59,473 nucleotides of DNA from Minisyncoccota bacterium (GCA_041389085.1 JAWKSL010000003.1:1-59473), one strand, 5' to 3'. Numbered from the stretch's first letter, positions 45,468 to 54,055 are shown. Made by a program: numbers and translations. The notes: generated by a model from the sequence alone, not told the origin.

Positions 45468-45686
45468 TTATATAACTTCGATTATTTTTTCTTTTGAACT
45501 TTGTCCAGCCACTATTATTACCTGACTTTTTGGTTTTTGAAAATGCTCGGCTATCACTTTTTCTACTGCGCGGTTTGCTTTTCCCTTTTCCGCTACTTCC
45601 CTAACCCACACCTTGAGGTGGTACTGATCTATCTGTTCAACTTTTTCTTGAGACGAGCCTGCCTTTACACTCACGAAATATTTCAT
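45468..45686 (-). CDS. DUF167 (YggU-like) protein
   Basis: 72 aa with VKAGSSQEKV...HLKVWVREVAEKGKANRAV, typical of UPF0235. Confidence 0.75.
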   Translation of the reverse strand: MKYFVSVKAGSSQEKVEQIDQYHLKVWVREVAEKGKANRAVEKVIAEHFQKPKSQVIIVAGQSSKEKIIEVI

Positions 45687-46372
45687 TATTTTTTAACACC
45701 GCCGATTTTCAGAAGCTTAGCGTAATGTTCGTCGCCCTCCCATTCGTTTACTTTTTTTGGTGGGTAGATAAACTTTGAATCATTTTTAGCTACTACATAG
45801 AGGTGTGGGGCTATGAAGCTTGCGAAAAAGTCTAGAAGCTTGCTTGTGAATATAAATGGTCGCACCGCTACTATCTTCCATCCTGCGCGCTCAGCAGTAA
45901 GCCTTAAGCTTTCGCGCGTGAAAAAATTAATGTGTGCTGACGATAAGGATCCTCTGAACTTTTTAACTTTTAGGAGTGTACTTATTTTCGGAATAACTGG
46001 TACTCCGAGTATTAGCAAAGCGTTGTCATTTACCGCTGTTTTAAGCTTCATGAGAAACGCATGTGGTGCCAAAAGGTGCTCGAATAAATTGTTTGCCCAA
46101 ACTGCATTGAAATCTTTCGGCAATTCTAGCTCGTCAATGTTTTCTACGTTTCCAAATGAGATTGCTATATTATTCTCTTTTCCATACTACACCTCCTTTT
46201 CTGAGGTTGTAACTCCTGCGCTACCAGGACCAAAATGCACAAGATGCTCTCCGTATGCGCAACCTAAATCAAGAACTTTTTTCTCATTTAGCGTGAATGC
46301 GTTTTTTATCCTGAGAAATGTCGATGACTTTTTTAACCGCTCGAACCTTTTTTCTATGTCGCTTGAACTCAT
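45686..46372 (-). pseudogene. Class I SAM-dependent methyltransferase interrupted by one in-frame TAG
   Basis: VLDLGCAYGEH motif I lies in 46190-46372. The same frame continues after TAG (46187-46189) as YGKENNIAISFGNVENIDELELPKDFNAVWANNLFEHL. Confidence 0.75.
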
Positions 46373-46375
46373 TTT

Positions 46376-46858
46376 TTAAGAGAGTATATCACACTTACTT
46401 TTTAAGCTTTTTAGGTCTTCGAGTACTTCGCCTGCGTGGAATGCTGGCTTTACCGGGTCGTACTTCTTTTCTATGTAGCCAGTTGGGCTTATAAGGTAGG
46501 AAATGCGCCTTATTCCCATATACTCTCTCCCCATAAACTTTTTCTTGCCCCACGCCCTGTAGGCTTTTATAATCTTCTTTTCTTCGTCTGATAGTAGTGG
46601 GAAGGTGAGCTCATACTTACTTGAGAATTTTTTGTGGCTCTCTACGCTGTCGGCACTAACTCCGAGCACTCGGGCATTGTACTTTTTTAGCTCTGAAAAG
46701 TTTTCGCTTAGTGTACAGGCTTCTTTTGTACACCCCGGTGTGTCATCTTTCGGGTAGAAATAGAGAAGAAGCCACTTCCCTTTGTAGTCTTTCAGTGTGT
46801 GCTTTTTACCTTTTTGGTCCTTTAATTCAAAGCTTGGAGCTTTCGCTTTTTTACTCAT
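46376..46858 (-). CDS. bcp: Thiol peroxidase Bcp (peroxiredoxin)
   Basis: FYPKDDTPGCTKEAC peroxidatic Cys motif. 160 aa. Confidence 0.9.
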   Translation of the reverse strand: MSKKAKAPSFELKDQKGKKHTLKDYKGKWLLLYFYPKDDTPGCTKEACTLSENFSELKKYNARVLGVSADSVESHKKFSSKYELTFPLLSDEEKKIIKAYRAWGKKKFMGREYMGIRRISYLISPTGYIEKKYDPVKPAFHAGEVLEDLKSLKSKCDILS

Positions 46859-46879
46859 ATTTATGAGTGTAGCAAACTC

Positions 46880-46907
46880 TTGCAGTATCTAGCGTCTTTG
46901 ATATAAT
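46880..46907 (+). promoter_or_regulatory. Sigma70-like promoter of tRNA-Cys
   Basis: TTGCAG-N16-TATAAT, 28 nt upstream of the tRNA. Confidence 0.6.
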
Positions 46908-46935
46908 CGCTTTGTTCTACCAATTCCATTCATAC

Positions 46936-47011
46936 GGGCCTTTAGCTCATCTGGTAGAGCGCCTCATTTGCAATGAGGAGGTGACCGGTTCGAGTCCGGT
47001 AAGGTCCACCA
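46936..47011 (+). tRNA. tRNA-Cys(GCA), CCA encoded
   Basis: Fold: GGGCCTT TA GCTC ATCTGGTA GAGC G CCTCA TTTGCAA TGAGG AGGTG ACCGG TTCGAGT CCGGT AAGGTCC A CCA. Confidence 0.9.
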
Positions 47012-47015
47012 AGAA

Positions 47016-47087
47016 AAACGGCTCACGAACACCAAGGAAGTACTGAGCCGCGAATATACGGCCTACACGTACGTGTGAGCCGTTAAA
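47016..47087. repeat. Palindromic repeat element, locus B
   Basis: AAACGGCTCAC (47016), CCAAGGAAGTACTGAGCCGCGAA, and the palindrome ACGGCCTACACGTACGTGTGAGCCGTTAAA (47058-47087). It starts 5 nt after the tRNA-Cys CCA. Confidence 0.8.
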
Positions 47088-47120
47088 GTTAGGCGAGACT
47101 TCGCGTGCATCCTTTAAAGT

Positions 47121-47148
47121 TTGACAAAGTATATTTTTGTGTCATAAT
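47121..47148 (+). promoter_or_regulatory. Near-consensus sigma70 promoter of the GC-rich membrane protein cassette
   Basis: TTGACA-N16-CATAAT. Confidence 0.65.
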
Positions 47149-47179
47149 TAAGTCTGGACACTAACAGAAGGAGGCCGTC

Positions 47180-47782
47180 GTGAAAGATGCGTTTGCGATC
47201 GCTTCGGCGGTCTTCCTCGGACTTGCGAACCTGCCCTACTGGTGGGCGATCATTCGTGGCCAGGGTAAGCCTGTGCGTGCGAGCTGGCTCATCTGGGCTA
47301 CGCTCGACACAATCACCTTCTCTGGCATGTACGCTGCTGGTACGCTTACCCCTCAAGTTTCTACTGCCGTCTTTGGCGTTTGGGTGATTTTCATCCTTTC
47401 GCTGTGGCGCGGCAGGCCAGGCTGGACTCGGGTAGACAAGCTGTGCCTGCTCGGCGCTGCCATCGGTGTGCTGCTCTGGCAGTATTTCGACGATCCGGTG
47501 CTTGCCGTTGTGGCTTCGCAGTTTACTGCGCAGCTTGGGTGCATCCCGACCTATCTGTCTGCGTGGGAGGATCCGTCGCGTGAGAGCCGATTTGCTTGGA
47601 CCCTTACATGGACTTCGTCTGTGTTCGCAGTCCTCGCGATTCCACAGTGGACGTTTGGAGATGCAACAGCTCCTCTAAGCTTCCTCTTGAACAGTTCGAT
47701 CATGCTACTCATCTTCTCCATCCGCGCTCGACAAGAACGGGCGCAGCGAGAGAAGGGACTCACCGTCCTCTTCAACGACTAG
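47180..47782 (+). CDS. GC-rich integral membrane protein (6 TM), unknown family
   Basis: GTG start with GGAGG 5 nt upstream. 200 aa hydrophobic protein (LANLPYWWAIIRGQGKPVRASWLIW...). A terminator follows. Confidence 0.7.
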   Translation: MKDAFAIASAVFLGLANLPYWWAIIRGQGKPVRASWLIWATLDTITFSGMYAAGTLTPQVSTAVFGVWVIFILSLWRGRPGWTRVDKLCLLGAAIGVLLWQYFDDPVLAVVASQFTAQLGCIPTYLSAWEDPSRESRFAWTLTWTSSVFAVLAIPQWTFGDATAPLSFLLNSSIMLLIFSIRARQERAQREKGLTVLFND

Positions 47783-47789
47783 TTGCCTG

Positions 47790-47833
47790 GCCCCGCGCTA
47801 TACCCTCTGAGGTTGGCGCGGGGCTTTGCTTTT
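47790..47833 (+). terminator. Intrinsic terminator
   Basis: GCCCCGCGC-loop-GCGCGGGGC followed by TTTGCTTTT. Confidence 0.75.
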
Positions 47834-47853
47834 GGTATAACTATGGAGCACTT

Positions 47854-48702
47854 ATGCACCAAGTAATTCTTTTCTATAAATACACCGACATTGCCGACCC
47901 AGTTGCTCTTTCGTACTCTCAGCGCGAGCTTTGCGAGTCTTTGAATTTAAAGGGGCGCATTATCATCGCCAAGGAAGGTATAAACGGAACGCTGGAAGGC
48001 TCAGCTGAAAACGTTGAGGCGTATGTCGCAAAGCTTTTAGAGCTTCCTGGATTTTCTGACATAGATGTAAAACGCAGCGAAGGCACTGGAAATGCCTTTC
48101 CGAAACTAAAAATAAATGTGCGCGATGAAATTGTTTCTTCAAAGCTACACGAAAGCGTAAACCCTGCGGTAGATACTGGAAATCACCTGGATGTAGACCT
48201 TTTGCACAAATGGTATGAGGAAGGTGAAGACTTTGTGATAGTCGACATGCGAAACGACTACGAATACGTAAGCGGGCATTTTGAAAAATCAATCAACCCG
48301 CAATTTCGTGATTTTCGTGATTTAGCTGAGAAAGTAGATTCACTTGAAATCCCGAAAGATAAAAAAGTAGTTACTGTTTGTACTGGTGGAGTTCGCTGCG
48401 AGAAGGCATCTGCGTTTTTAAAACAAAAGGGTTATAAAGACGTGTACCAGCTTAAAAATGGTATGCACACCTACCTTGAAAAATACCCGAAGGGGCACTT
48501 TAAAGGATCGCTCTATGTATTTGATGGGCGCGTAACCGTGCGTTTCGATAAGGATGGAGAAGTTATCGGGCGCTGCGAGTTCTGCGCTGCTCCTACCGAG
48601 CTTTACGCAAACGACGATACTGCCGGGCGCAGCCGCCACATACTTTGTTGCGAAAACTGTCTTGCTTTAAAGCAAGAGCAGAGTCTTTCAATTCGCCGCT
48701 AG
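47854..48702 (+). CDS. trhO: Rhodanese-domain tRNA uridine(34) hydroxylase TrhO (UPF0176/YceA)
   Basis: Start at MHQVILFYKY. CTGGVRCEKA rhodanese loop and a C-terminal Cys cluster. The upstream part of ORF 47596.. lies in the preceding cassette and is not coding in this frame. Confidence 0.85.
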   Translation: MHQVILFYKYTDIADPVALSYSQRELCESLNLKGRIIIAKEGINGTLEGSAENVEAYVAKLLELPGFSDIDVKRSEGTGNAFPKLKINVRDEIVSSKLHESVNPAVDTGNHLDVDLLHKWYEEGEDFVIVDMRNDYEYVSGHFEKSINPQFRDFRDLAEKVDSLEIPKDKKVVTVCTGGVRCEKASAFLKQKGYKDVYQLKNGMHTYLEKYPKGHFKGSLYVFDGRVTVRFDKDGEVIGRCEFCAAPTELYANDDTAGRSRHILCCENCLALKQEQSLSIRR

Positions 48703-49082
48703 TCGCCCACTATTACTTCAAACCCTCCAAATGCCATCTTTTTCATATCGAAAGGCATGCCGCTTTCTTTGTGGTCTTTTGGCGGCTGCATTTCTTCGTC
48801 TTTCATAACTTTCGCATTTACCTGATCGCGATGCTTCTTTGATTTATACTCGATGTAGGAAAAGCATACTACTTCGTTTGGCTTTGCTTTTGTGAGTTTT
48901 GGGAAAGTGAGCGTTATCCACTTTGGACTTCTGTCGTTGATGACGCACTCTTTGTAGCCAAGCGCTCCGTGCTTCATCCAAACTTTTTTCCCAATTGCTG
49001 CCATTTTCTTATAATCAGCAAGCTTTGTCTTTTTTACTGTGAAAACAAATCCGTCTACGTATTTTACTTTTGCTTTTGCCAT
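48699..49082 (-). CDS. DUF1428 family protein
   Basis: 127 aa with YVDGFVFTVKK...FDMKKMAFGGFEVIV, typical of DUF1428. Confidence 0.75.
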   Translation of the reverse strand: MAKAKVKYVDGFVFTVKKTKLADYKKMAAIGKKVWMKHGALGYKECVINDRSPKWITLTFPKLTKAKPNEVVCFSYIEYKSKKHRDQVNAKVMKDEEMQPPKDHKESGMPFDMKKMAFGGFEVIVGD

Positions 49083-49087
49083 GCTTT

Positions 49088-49870
49088 TTAGAGTTGGTGG
49101 TGGTGACGCATTGGTGCGTCTTTAATAATTTCTAATACTTCGTCGAGGTCGTCGGTGATTGTGTAGAGGTCTACGTCTTCTTTTGAAATTGTTTCAAACT
49201 CGTCGCGAAGCTGCTCCTTTATAAACTTATCGAGAGGTTCCCAGAAGTCTTTGCCTATCAAAACTATTGGTATTTGCTCGATTTTTCTCGTTTGTACGAG
49301 AGTAAGAATTTCGAAAAGCTCGTCGAGTGTTCCGTACCCACCTGGGAAGTACACATACACTTCTGCTGAAAACGTAAGTGCTACTTTTCGTGTAAAGAAA
49401 TAGTGAAAGTCTACTCCGTGAGTTACGTACTTATTGATAACTTGCTCGTATGGAAGCTCGATGTTGAACCCGACTGCGCTTCCGCAGCTTTCGTTTGTTC
49501 CCCTGTTTCCCGCTTCCATGATTCCTGGGCCTCCTCCGGTAATAACGGCGTAGCCGTGGCGGCATAGTTCGGTCGCAAGGTGGCGAGCTTTTTTGTAGTA
49601 GGGGTGGTTTTGGGTAAAGCGCGCACTTCCAAAAAATGTAACTGATTTTGGGTATGCGTGAGCAGCTTCAAGGCCGGCTTCAAATTCTTTTTGTACGCGT
49701 GAGCCTGTGCGTTTTATTTCTTCACTAATTTCCTCAAGGGTGTGAGGCTCTCTTTTTAGTTTGTGGTCTGGCTCACAAATGCGAACCTTGCCATCTTTAT
49801 CAACGATTTTTGTAAAATCTGCTCCTGGAGTTATCGGGCATACCATCGGGTATTCTTTTTCTTCTTTCAT
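49088..49870 (-). CDS. LOG family / TIGR00730 Rossmann-fold nucleotide-binding protein
   Basis: VTFFGSAR, ITGGGPGIMEAGNRG and PGGYGTLDELFE motifs. Confidence 0.85.
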   Translation of the reverse strand: MKEEKEYPMVCPITPGADFTKIVDKDGKVRICEPDHKLKREPHTLEEISEEIKRTGSRVQKEFEAGLEAAHAYPKSVTFFGSARFTQNHPYYKKARHLATELCRHGYAVITGGGPGIMEAGNRGTNESCGSAVGFNIELPYEQVINKYVTHGVDFHYFFTRKVALTFSAEVYVYFPGGYGTLDELFEILTLVQTRKIEQIPIVLIGKDFWEPLDKFIKEQLRDEFETISKEDVDLYTITDDLDEVLEIIKDAPMRHHHQL

Positions 49871-50124
49871 ATGGCTTTTTCTTGAATTAGTAATCGTTTC
49901 TTTTGCGTGCTTCCTCCCGCTAAGCTGTAGCCTCCTACGTTTCCGTCTGAGCGAATAACGCGGTGGCAGGGAACTTCCTTACTTTTATTTTTTCCAAGAG
50001 CGTTTGCCACTGCCCTGTACGCCTTTGGCTTACCAATTTTATGAGCAAGCTCTTTGTACGTGAGCGTGCTTCCTTTTGGAATGCTTTTTGTTGCGCTAAA
50101 CACTGCCTCTTGAAAAGGGGTCAT
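49867..50124 (-). CDS. MGMT-family (methylated-DNA--protein-cysteine methyltransferase) DNA-binding domain protein
   Basis: 85 aa with the active-site PCHRVI and a GSTLTYKELA helix-turn-helix. Confidence 0.8.
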   Translation of the reverse strand: MTPFQEAVFSATKSIPKGSTLTYKELAHKIGKPKAYRAVANALGKNKSKEVPCHRVIRSDGNVGGYSLAGGSTQKKRLLIQEKAI

Positions 50125-50149
50125 GTTTATATTTTAGCACAGGCGATTT

Positions 50150-50557
50150 TTAGAGAAGGATGAGAGCGAGGGCCATGCCGATGGCTGAAAGGAGTTGGTA
50201 GCTGGCTTGCACGAGAAAGTACTTTTTGTCTTTCATTTCGTAGGCTGCGTGCGTAAGCATTACTGCAAAGGTAAATCCGGCCCAAATAGTAAGTGTGGTG
50301 CAAAACGCGTCTTTTACTGTTACGATTCCAAACTGATCAAAAATACTGCTAAGTACTATTGCGCTCAAGAGCGACATAAGTAGGCTTATTGTCATCGCTC
50401 GGGGAGCGCCCTTTTTGAGCTGCTCCATGTGCGCTGGGTTACTCGGATCTTTGCCGATACCTCTGAGCCACACTTTTCCAAATACTTTCATTGAGTACCA
50501 AATTGATCCAAGGATCATTGGCACTATAGCTGCTGCAATAATTGCTAATATATTCAT
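50150..50557 (-). CDS. DUF1761 membrane protein
   Basis: 135 aa with 4 TM helices. The N-terminus MNILAIIAAAIVPMILGSIWYS is typical. Confidence 0.7.
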   Translation of the reverse strand: MNILAIIAAAIVPMILGSIWYSMKVFGKVWLRGIGKDPSNPAHMEQLKKGAPRAMTISLLMSLLSAIVLSSIFDQFGIVTVKDAFCTTLTIWAGFTFAVMLTHAAYEMKDKKYFLVQASYQLLSAIGMALALILL

Positions 50558-50578
50558 GGGTTGGTTAATGGTTATTAG

Positions 50579-51211
50579 TTATTGGTTAGTAGTTAGTGGG
50601 TAGTGGGTGGGGTTATCGGTGGAAGCCGAGGTCTGCTGGGTTGTGGTCGCCGCTAACAAACTCCATTTTACCACCTGCTTTTTCAAACTTTTTCTGAGCT
50701 CAGTTACTTTTTCTGAAAGCTGCACTGTTTCTTCCGCTACCTTTTCTTTTTTAATGTACCCCTTTGACCAAAATTTTAGGATTAGCTGAGAATCTCCAAA
50801 TACACTCCTTTCTTTTTTCTTTAGAGCAATTTCGAGGGCAAATTTTGCTGCTAAAAGCTCTCCAAAGTTGTTGGTTAGCTCCTTCCCATCTGGTTTATGG
50901 GTTTCGTGTTTGGTATTTACTAGCTTTTTTGGGAGTAGGTTTTCCCCTTTTTCGTTAGTTACTTTTAGCTCTACGCCGTGGCCCCTGCCGGTGCCAGCAT
51001 CGAAGTAAATACCCTTCTTGAGTTTTGGGGCTTTTTTGGGCTCATATTGGGCTCCTTTTTTGAGCCACTCAGTAGCTTCACTTTTGGTTGGAAAGCCCTT
51101 AAAACGGGCATTTTTGCCCTTTACGAGGGCCTCGCACTCGCTCCATGATTGGCAGACCCCAAACTCCCCTGTGCTGAGTAAATATCCGTAGAAATTGTTC
51201 TTTTTCGGCAT
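50579..51211 (-). pseudogene. RNase H1-type protein with N-terminal hybrid-binding (Cauli_VI-like) domain; 3' frameshift
   Basis: The N-terminus FYGYLLSTGEFGVCQSWSECEALVKGKNARFKGFPTKSEATEWL is the hybrid-binding domain. The conserved end GGKMEFVSGDHNPADLGFHR-stop (to 50613) is in another frame. The shift is at an A5 run (A6 expected) near 50677. Confidence 0.7.
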
Positions 51212-51214
51212 GGT

Positions 51215-51892
51215 TTACTGAACTTGCTGGGCTGTCATCTCAAAGCTTAAAATAGCCTCCTCTCCAACTGAGAATACTTCAAATTTGCTTGGTGGCTCTA
51301 TTCCAAAGTCGATCATATTGATTTGCGCCTCACCCTTAGCACCAATTCCCTGTAGCTCATGACTTGTTGTTACTTTGAATGGAACTTTCTTTTCCACTCC
51401 GTTTATTTTAAGCATTAGCTCAATATCATGAAACCCTGAGCCTCTAGCAGGTTCCATCTCTGCTATGTTTAATATTTGTACAGGCTTTGCAAGGGTTACT
51501 AGAATATTTCCTTGGCTTGCAAAGAGAGCTTGCACATCTTCATCGCGATTATCGTTTCCGCTTTTAAAAGTTTGGTCGTTTATCTCAACATTGAGCGCAG
51601 TGAGGGTGTTTGTTTTAGCATCGAAGCTTAGCGAGCCTTTTACGTTTGAGGTGCTGCCTATAACCTTTTCTACTGGCTTACTAAACCACATTTTATCTAC
51701 AGTGTAACTTGCAGTTGCTTGGCTAATGGTGTGGGTTTGTTCTATAGACACCTCTTGCGCTTGAGCTTTTTCCTCCATAGCCTTGGTCTGAATTTCACTT
51801 TCTGGGGCACTTACTTCTCCTCCCTGCTTTAAAAATGCTCCAAGGAGCAGGGCGATTACTACTAGCGCAAGTACGATAAATAGTTTTTTCAT
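51215..51892 (-). CDS. YceI-like domain protein, membrane-anchored
   Basis: 225 aa with a TM anchor and then ASYTVDKMWFSKPVEKVIGSTSNVKGSLSFD...KSGNDNRDEDV. Confidence 0.7.
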   Translation of the reverse strand: MKKLFIVLALVVIALLLGAFLKQGGEVSAPESEIQTKAMEEKAQAQEVSIEQTHTISQATASYTVDKMWFSKPVEKVIGSTSNVKGSLSFDAKTNTLTALNVEINDQTFKSGNDNRDEDVQALFASQGNILVTLAKPVQILNIAEMEPARGSGFHDIELMLKINGVEKKVPFKVTTSHELQGIGAKGEAQINMIDFGIEPPSKFEVFSVGEEAILSFEMTAQQVQ

Positions 51893-51996
51893 TTCCTTAA
51901 AATTGCTTAATATTCTGATTATTCGGGTTTATTATACCTTTTCCTCTTTAGAAAACAAAAAACCCGCCGAAGCGGGTTTTTTAAGAAAAATGAGCT

Positions 51997-52278
51997 TTAT
52001 TGAGCTGCTTCTTCGGTTGAAGATGCGTCTTCTGTGGTCGCTCCTTCGTCAGTTGAAGTCGCGCTGTCGTCTTCCATTGCAGCACCATCTTCGGTTGAAG
52101 TTGCGCTGTCGTCTTCCATTGTCGCTACTTCGTTAGTTGAGGTTGCGCTGTCGTCTTCCATTGCAGCACCATCTTCCTCTACCATTGCGTCTTCTCCATC
52201 GTTGTCAGATCCGCCAAAAAGGCTAAATCCAAGAATGATGAGCACTACAATGATTAATACAATTAAAAGTTTCTTCAT
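51997..52278 (-). CDS. Membrane-anchored acidic repeat protein
   Basis: 93 aa with a TM anchor and then three 14-aa MEDDSATST-type repeats. Confidence 0.65.
   Translation of the reverse strand: MKKLLIVLIIVVLIILGFSLFGGSDNDGEDAMVEEDGAAMEDDSATSTNEVATMEDDSATSTEDGAAMEDDSATSTDEGATTEDASSTEEAAQ
52052..52177. repeat. 3 x 42-nt tandem repeat (coding)
   Basis: GTTGAAGTCGCGCTGTCGTCTTCCATTGCAGCACCATCTTCG and two near-identical copies, at 52052, 52094 and 52136. Confidence 0.9.
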
Positions 52279-52414
52279 TGTGGTTTGTTATTTAATAATA
52301 AAAGCTCATTCGTTCTCTTGAGCTCGTAGGATTCTTTTTATCAAAGATTGGGCGTGCTGGCAAATTAGCCTGTTTATAGCTGTGAAATGCCGATTTTCTG
52401 CATGTTATACAGGG

Positions 52415-52501
52415 CGGAAGGGGCGGGATTCGAACCCGCGGTACGATTGCTCGCACACATCCTTTCCAAGGATGCGCATTCGACCACTCTGCCACCCTTC
52501 C
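52415..52501 (-). tRNA. tRNA-Ser(GGA)
   Basis: GGAAGGG TG GCA GAGTGGTCGAA TGC..CATCC TTGGAAA GGATG, a long variable arm, GCGGG TTCGAAT CCCGC CCCTTCC G. Confidence 0.88.
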
Positions 52502-52534
52502 GCGCTACATATCATTTTAAAAGGACGAGGCGAC

Positions 52535-52741
52535 TCATTGCTGAGTCGCCGGCGGGAGCAGCTTAATTCGCCAGTCTGGCTGTACGCTCGCAAGGTTTTC
52601 TGCGAGAAGGGGGTGTAAAACCTCTTCCCTTACCTGGCACTCGCTCATACCTGTCTGACGAGCAGCAAACTCAACGAACTGAGCTATTGTCATTTCGCCC
52701 CCTGATTTTTCAAGGAGCTCAACTGCTTGCTTCAGAGGCAT
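52535..52741 (-). CDS. Small moderately GC-enriched ORF, 68 aa
   Basis: TTGAAG-N17-TAATCT promoter, AAGGAGAGG RBS. MPLKQAVELLEKSGGEMTIAQFVEFAARQTGMSECQV... Located 34 nt from tRNA-Ser. Confidence 0.55.
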   Translation of the reverse strand: MPLKQAVELLEKSGGEMTIAQFVEFAARQTGMSECQVREEVLHPLLAENLASVQPDWRIKLLPPATQQ

Positions 52742-52790
52742 AAACCTCTCCTTTCTTGCTTAGATTATCTAAAAATTGATCGCTCTTCAA

Positions 52791-53150
52791 CTATTTCTTA
52801 AGCCAGTGGACCCAGCCGGCAATTGCCAGGCTCAGTGTCGTAAGCGTCGTGAGCACTGTAGATGTTTTTAGTCTGCTTCCAGAAAACTCTGCTACCTCGA
52901 AGCTGAGAAGGAAGCCAGCGTAGCCAACGATTATGTCGCTGATTATGTTTGGCTTAGACTCCTTGATTTTCATTACTATTTCAAACACCTCCCAGAGCAC
53001 CAAAAGGACAAGCGCAAGTGCGTGGGCGATACCGCGCGGAATTTTTAAAAGTGAAAATATAAAGCCAATCGATGCACCGCTACCAAAATGCACTATGGTC
53101 CATAGGTCGACGTAGCGGGCTTCTTCAAATGAAAAATGAAATTTTTTCAT
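52791..53150 (-). CDS. Hypothetical membrane protein (4 TM)
   Basis: 119-aa hydrophobic ORF that overlaps the htpX stop by 1 nt. Confidence 0.6.
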   Translation of the reverse strand: MKKFHFSFEEARYVDLWTIVHFGSGASIGFIFSLLKIPRGIAHALALVLLVLWEVFEIVMKIKESKPNIISDIIVGYAGFLLSFEVAEFSGSRLKTSTVLTTLTTLSLAIAGWVHWLKK

Positions 53151-54055
53151 TAACTCATGTCTCTTAGTGCCTTTATTCTATCGCGAACTGGAGGGTGAGT
53201 CATGAATATGCGGTGGAGCCATGGAGTTTTTTCGTCGCCAAGCTTGTTAAACGGATCGTCTATCCATAGGTGAGCCGTTGTATTGTTGGCTATCTTCATC
53301 GGCGTGGTGTCTGTTGCTATCTTTTCCAGTGCGCTCGCAAGCCCTTCTGGGTAGCGTGTGAGAAGTGCGCCACTTATGTCGGCAAGGCTTTCTCTCTTTC
53401 TACTGATAGCAAGGCGCATAAGGCGAAGGAAGATTGGTGCCAAAATAGCAAACGCGATGCCGATAAGAATTATTATTCCTCCTCCCCCGTTTCTATCGTT
53501 GTCACGCTTTCCTCCTCCGTACCAAAGTGAGCGAAGGAAAATGTCTGAAAGGATGGCGATAAAGCCAACGAGTACTACCGCTACCGTGCCAACAAGCATG
53601 TCTCTATTTCCAATGTGGCTTAGCTCGTGTGCTATTACGCCCTCAAGCTCTGTTCGATCGAGCTTTTCAAGAAGCCCTGTGGTTACGGCTACTACTGCGT
53701 GTTTTGGATCGCGGCCCGTAGCAAAGGCGTTGAGCTGGCGCTCCTCTACTATGTAGATTTTTGGAGTTGGAAGGCCCGCGGTTATCGCGAGGTTTTCTAC
53801 TATGTTGTAAAGTTCGCGGCCGTTTTCACGGGTAACTGGCTTTGCCTTGTGCATTGCCAGCACTATTTTGTCTGAAAACCAAAACGAGAGCACGTTCATA
53901 AAGAGCGCGAAAATTACAGCGATAACGAGGATGCCCGGGTCTTGGTATATTTGCGAAAATATCCAGCCTCCTCCTACAACTACGCCAAAAAAGATAAGAA
54001 ACATAGCCCAGGTGCGACTAATGTTCTTATCTTTGTATGCGTAAACGGAGGGCAT
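53150..54055 (-). CDS. htpX: Zinc metalloprotease HtpX (M48)
   Basis: HELSHIGNRD HExxH motif, 4 TM helices, 301 aa. Confidence 0.9.
   Translation of the reverse strand: MPSVYAYKDKNISRTWAMFLIFFGVVVGGGWIFSQIYQDPGILVIAVIFALFMNVLSFWFSDKIVLAMHKAKPVTRENGRELYNIVENLAITAGLPTPKIYIVEERQLNAFATGRDPKHAVVAVTTGLLEKLDRTELEGVIAHELSHIGNRDMLVGTVAVVLVGFIAILSDIFLRSLWYGGGKRDNDRNGGGGIIILIGIAFAILAPIFLRLMRLAISRKRESLADISGALLTRYPEGLASALEKIATDTTPMKIANNTTAHLWIDDPFNKLGDEKTPWLHRIFMTHPPVRDRIKALRDMS

Noticed and set aside
46187-46189. The in-frame TAG in the methyltransferase as evidence for amber recoding, or for an alternative genetic code in general (including UGA reassignment as in some candidate phyla).
   Set aside because: TAG terminates clearly intact genes here (murD at 20691-20693, the DipZ-like gene at 24628-24630, trhO). 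Long conserved proteins such as LigA, LysS and GatA are uninterrupted under the standard code, so neither TAG nor TGA appears to be reassigned.
52052-52177. Regularly spaced 42-nt repeats, and the repeat clusters at 25380-25539 and 57372-57568, considered as possible CRISPR arrays.
   Set aside because: The 42-nt units are directly tandem with no spacers and lie in frame inside a CDS. The other clusters are inverted or palindromic units of unequal spacing. No cas genes are present.
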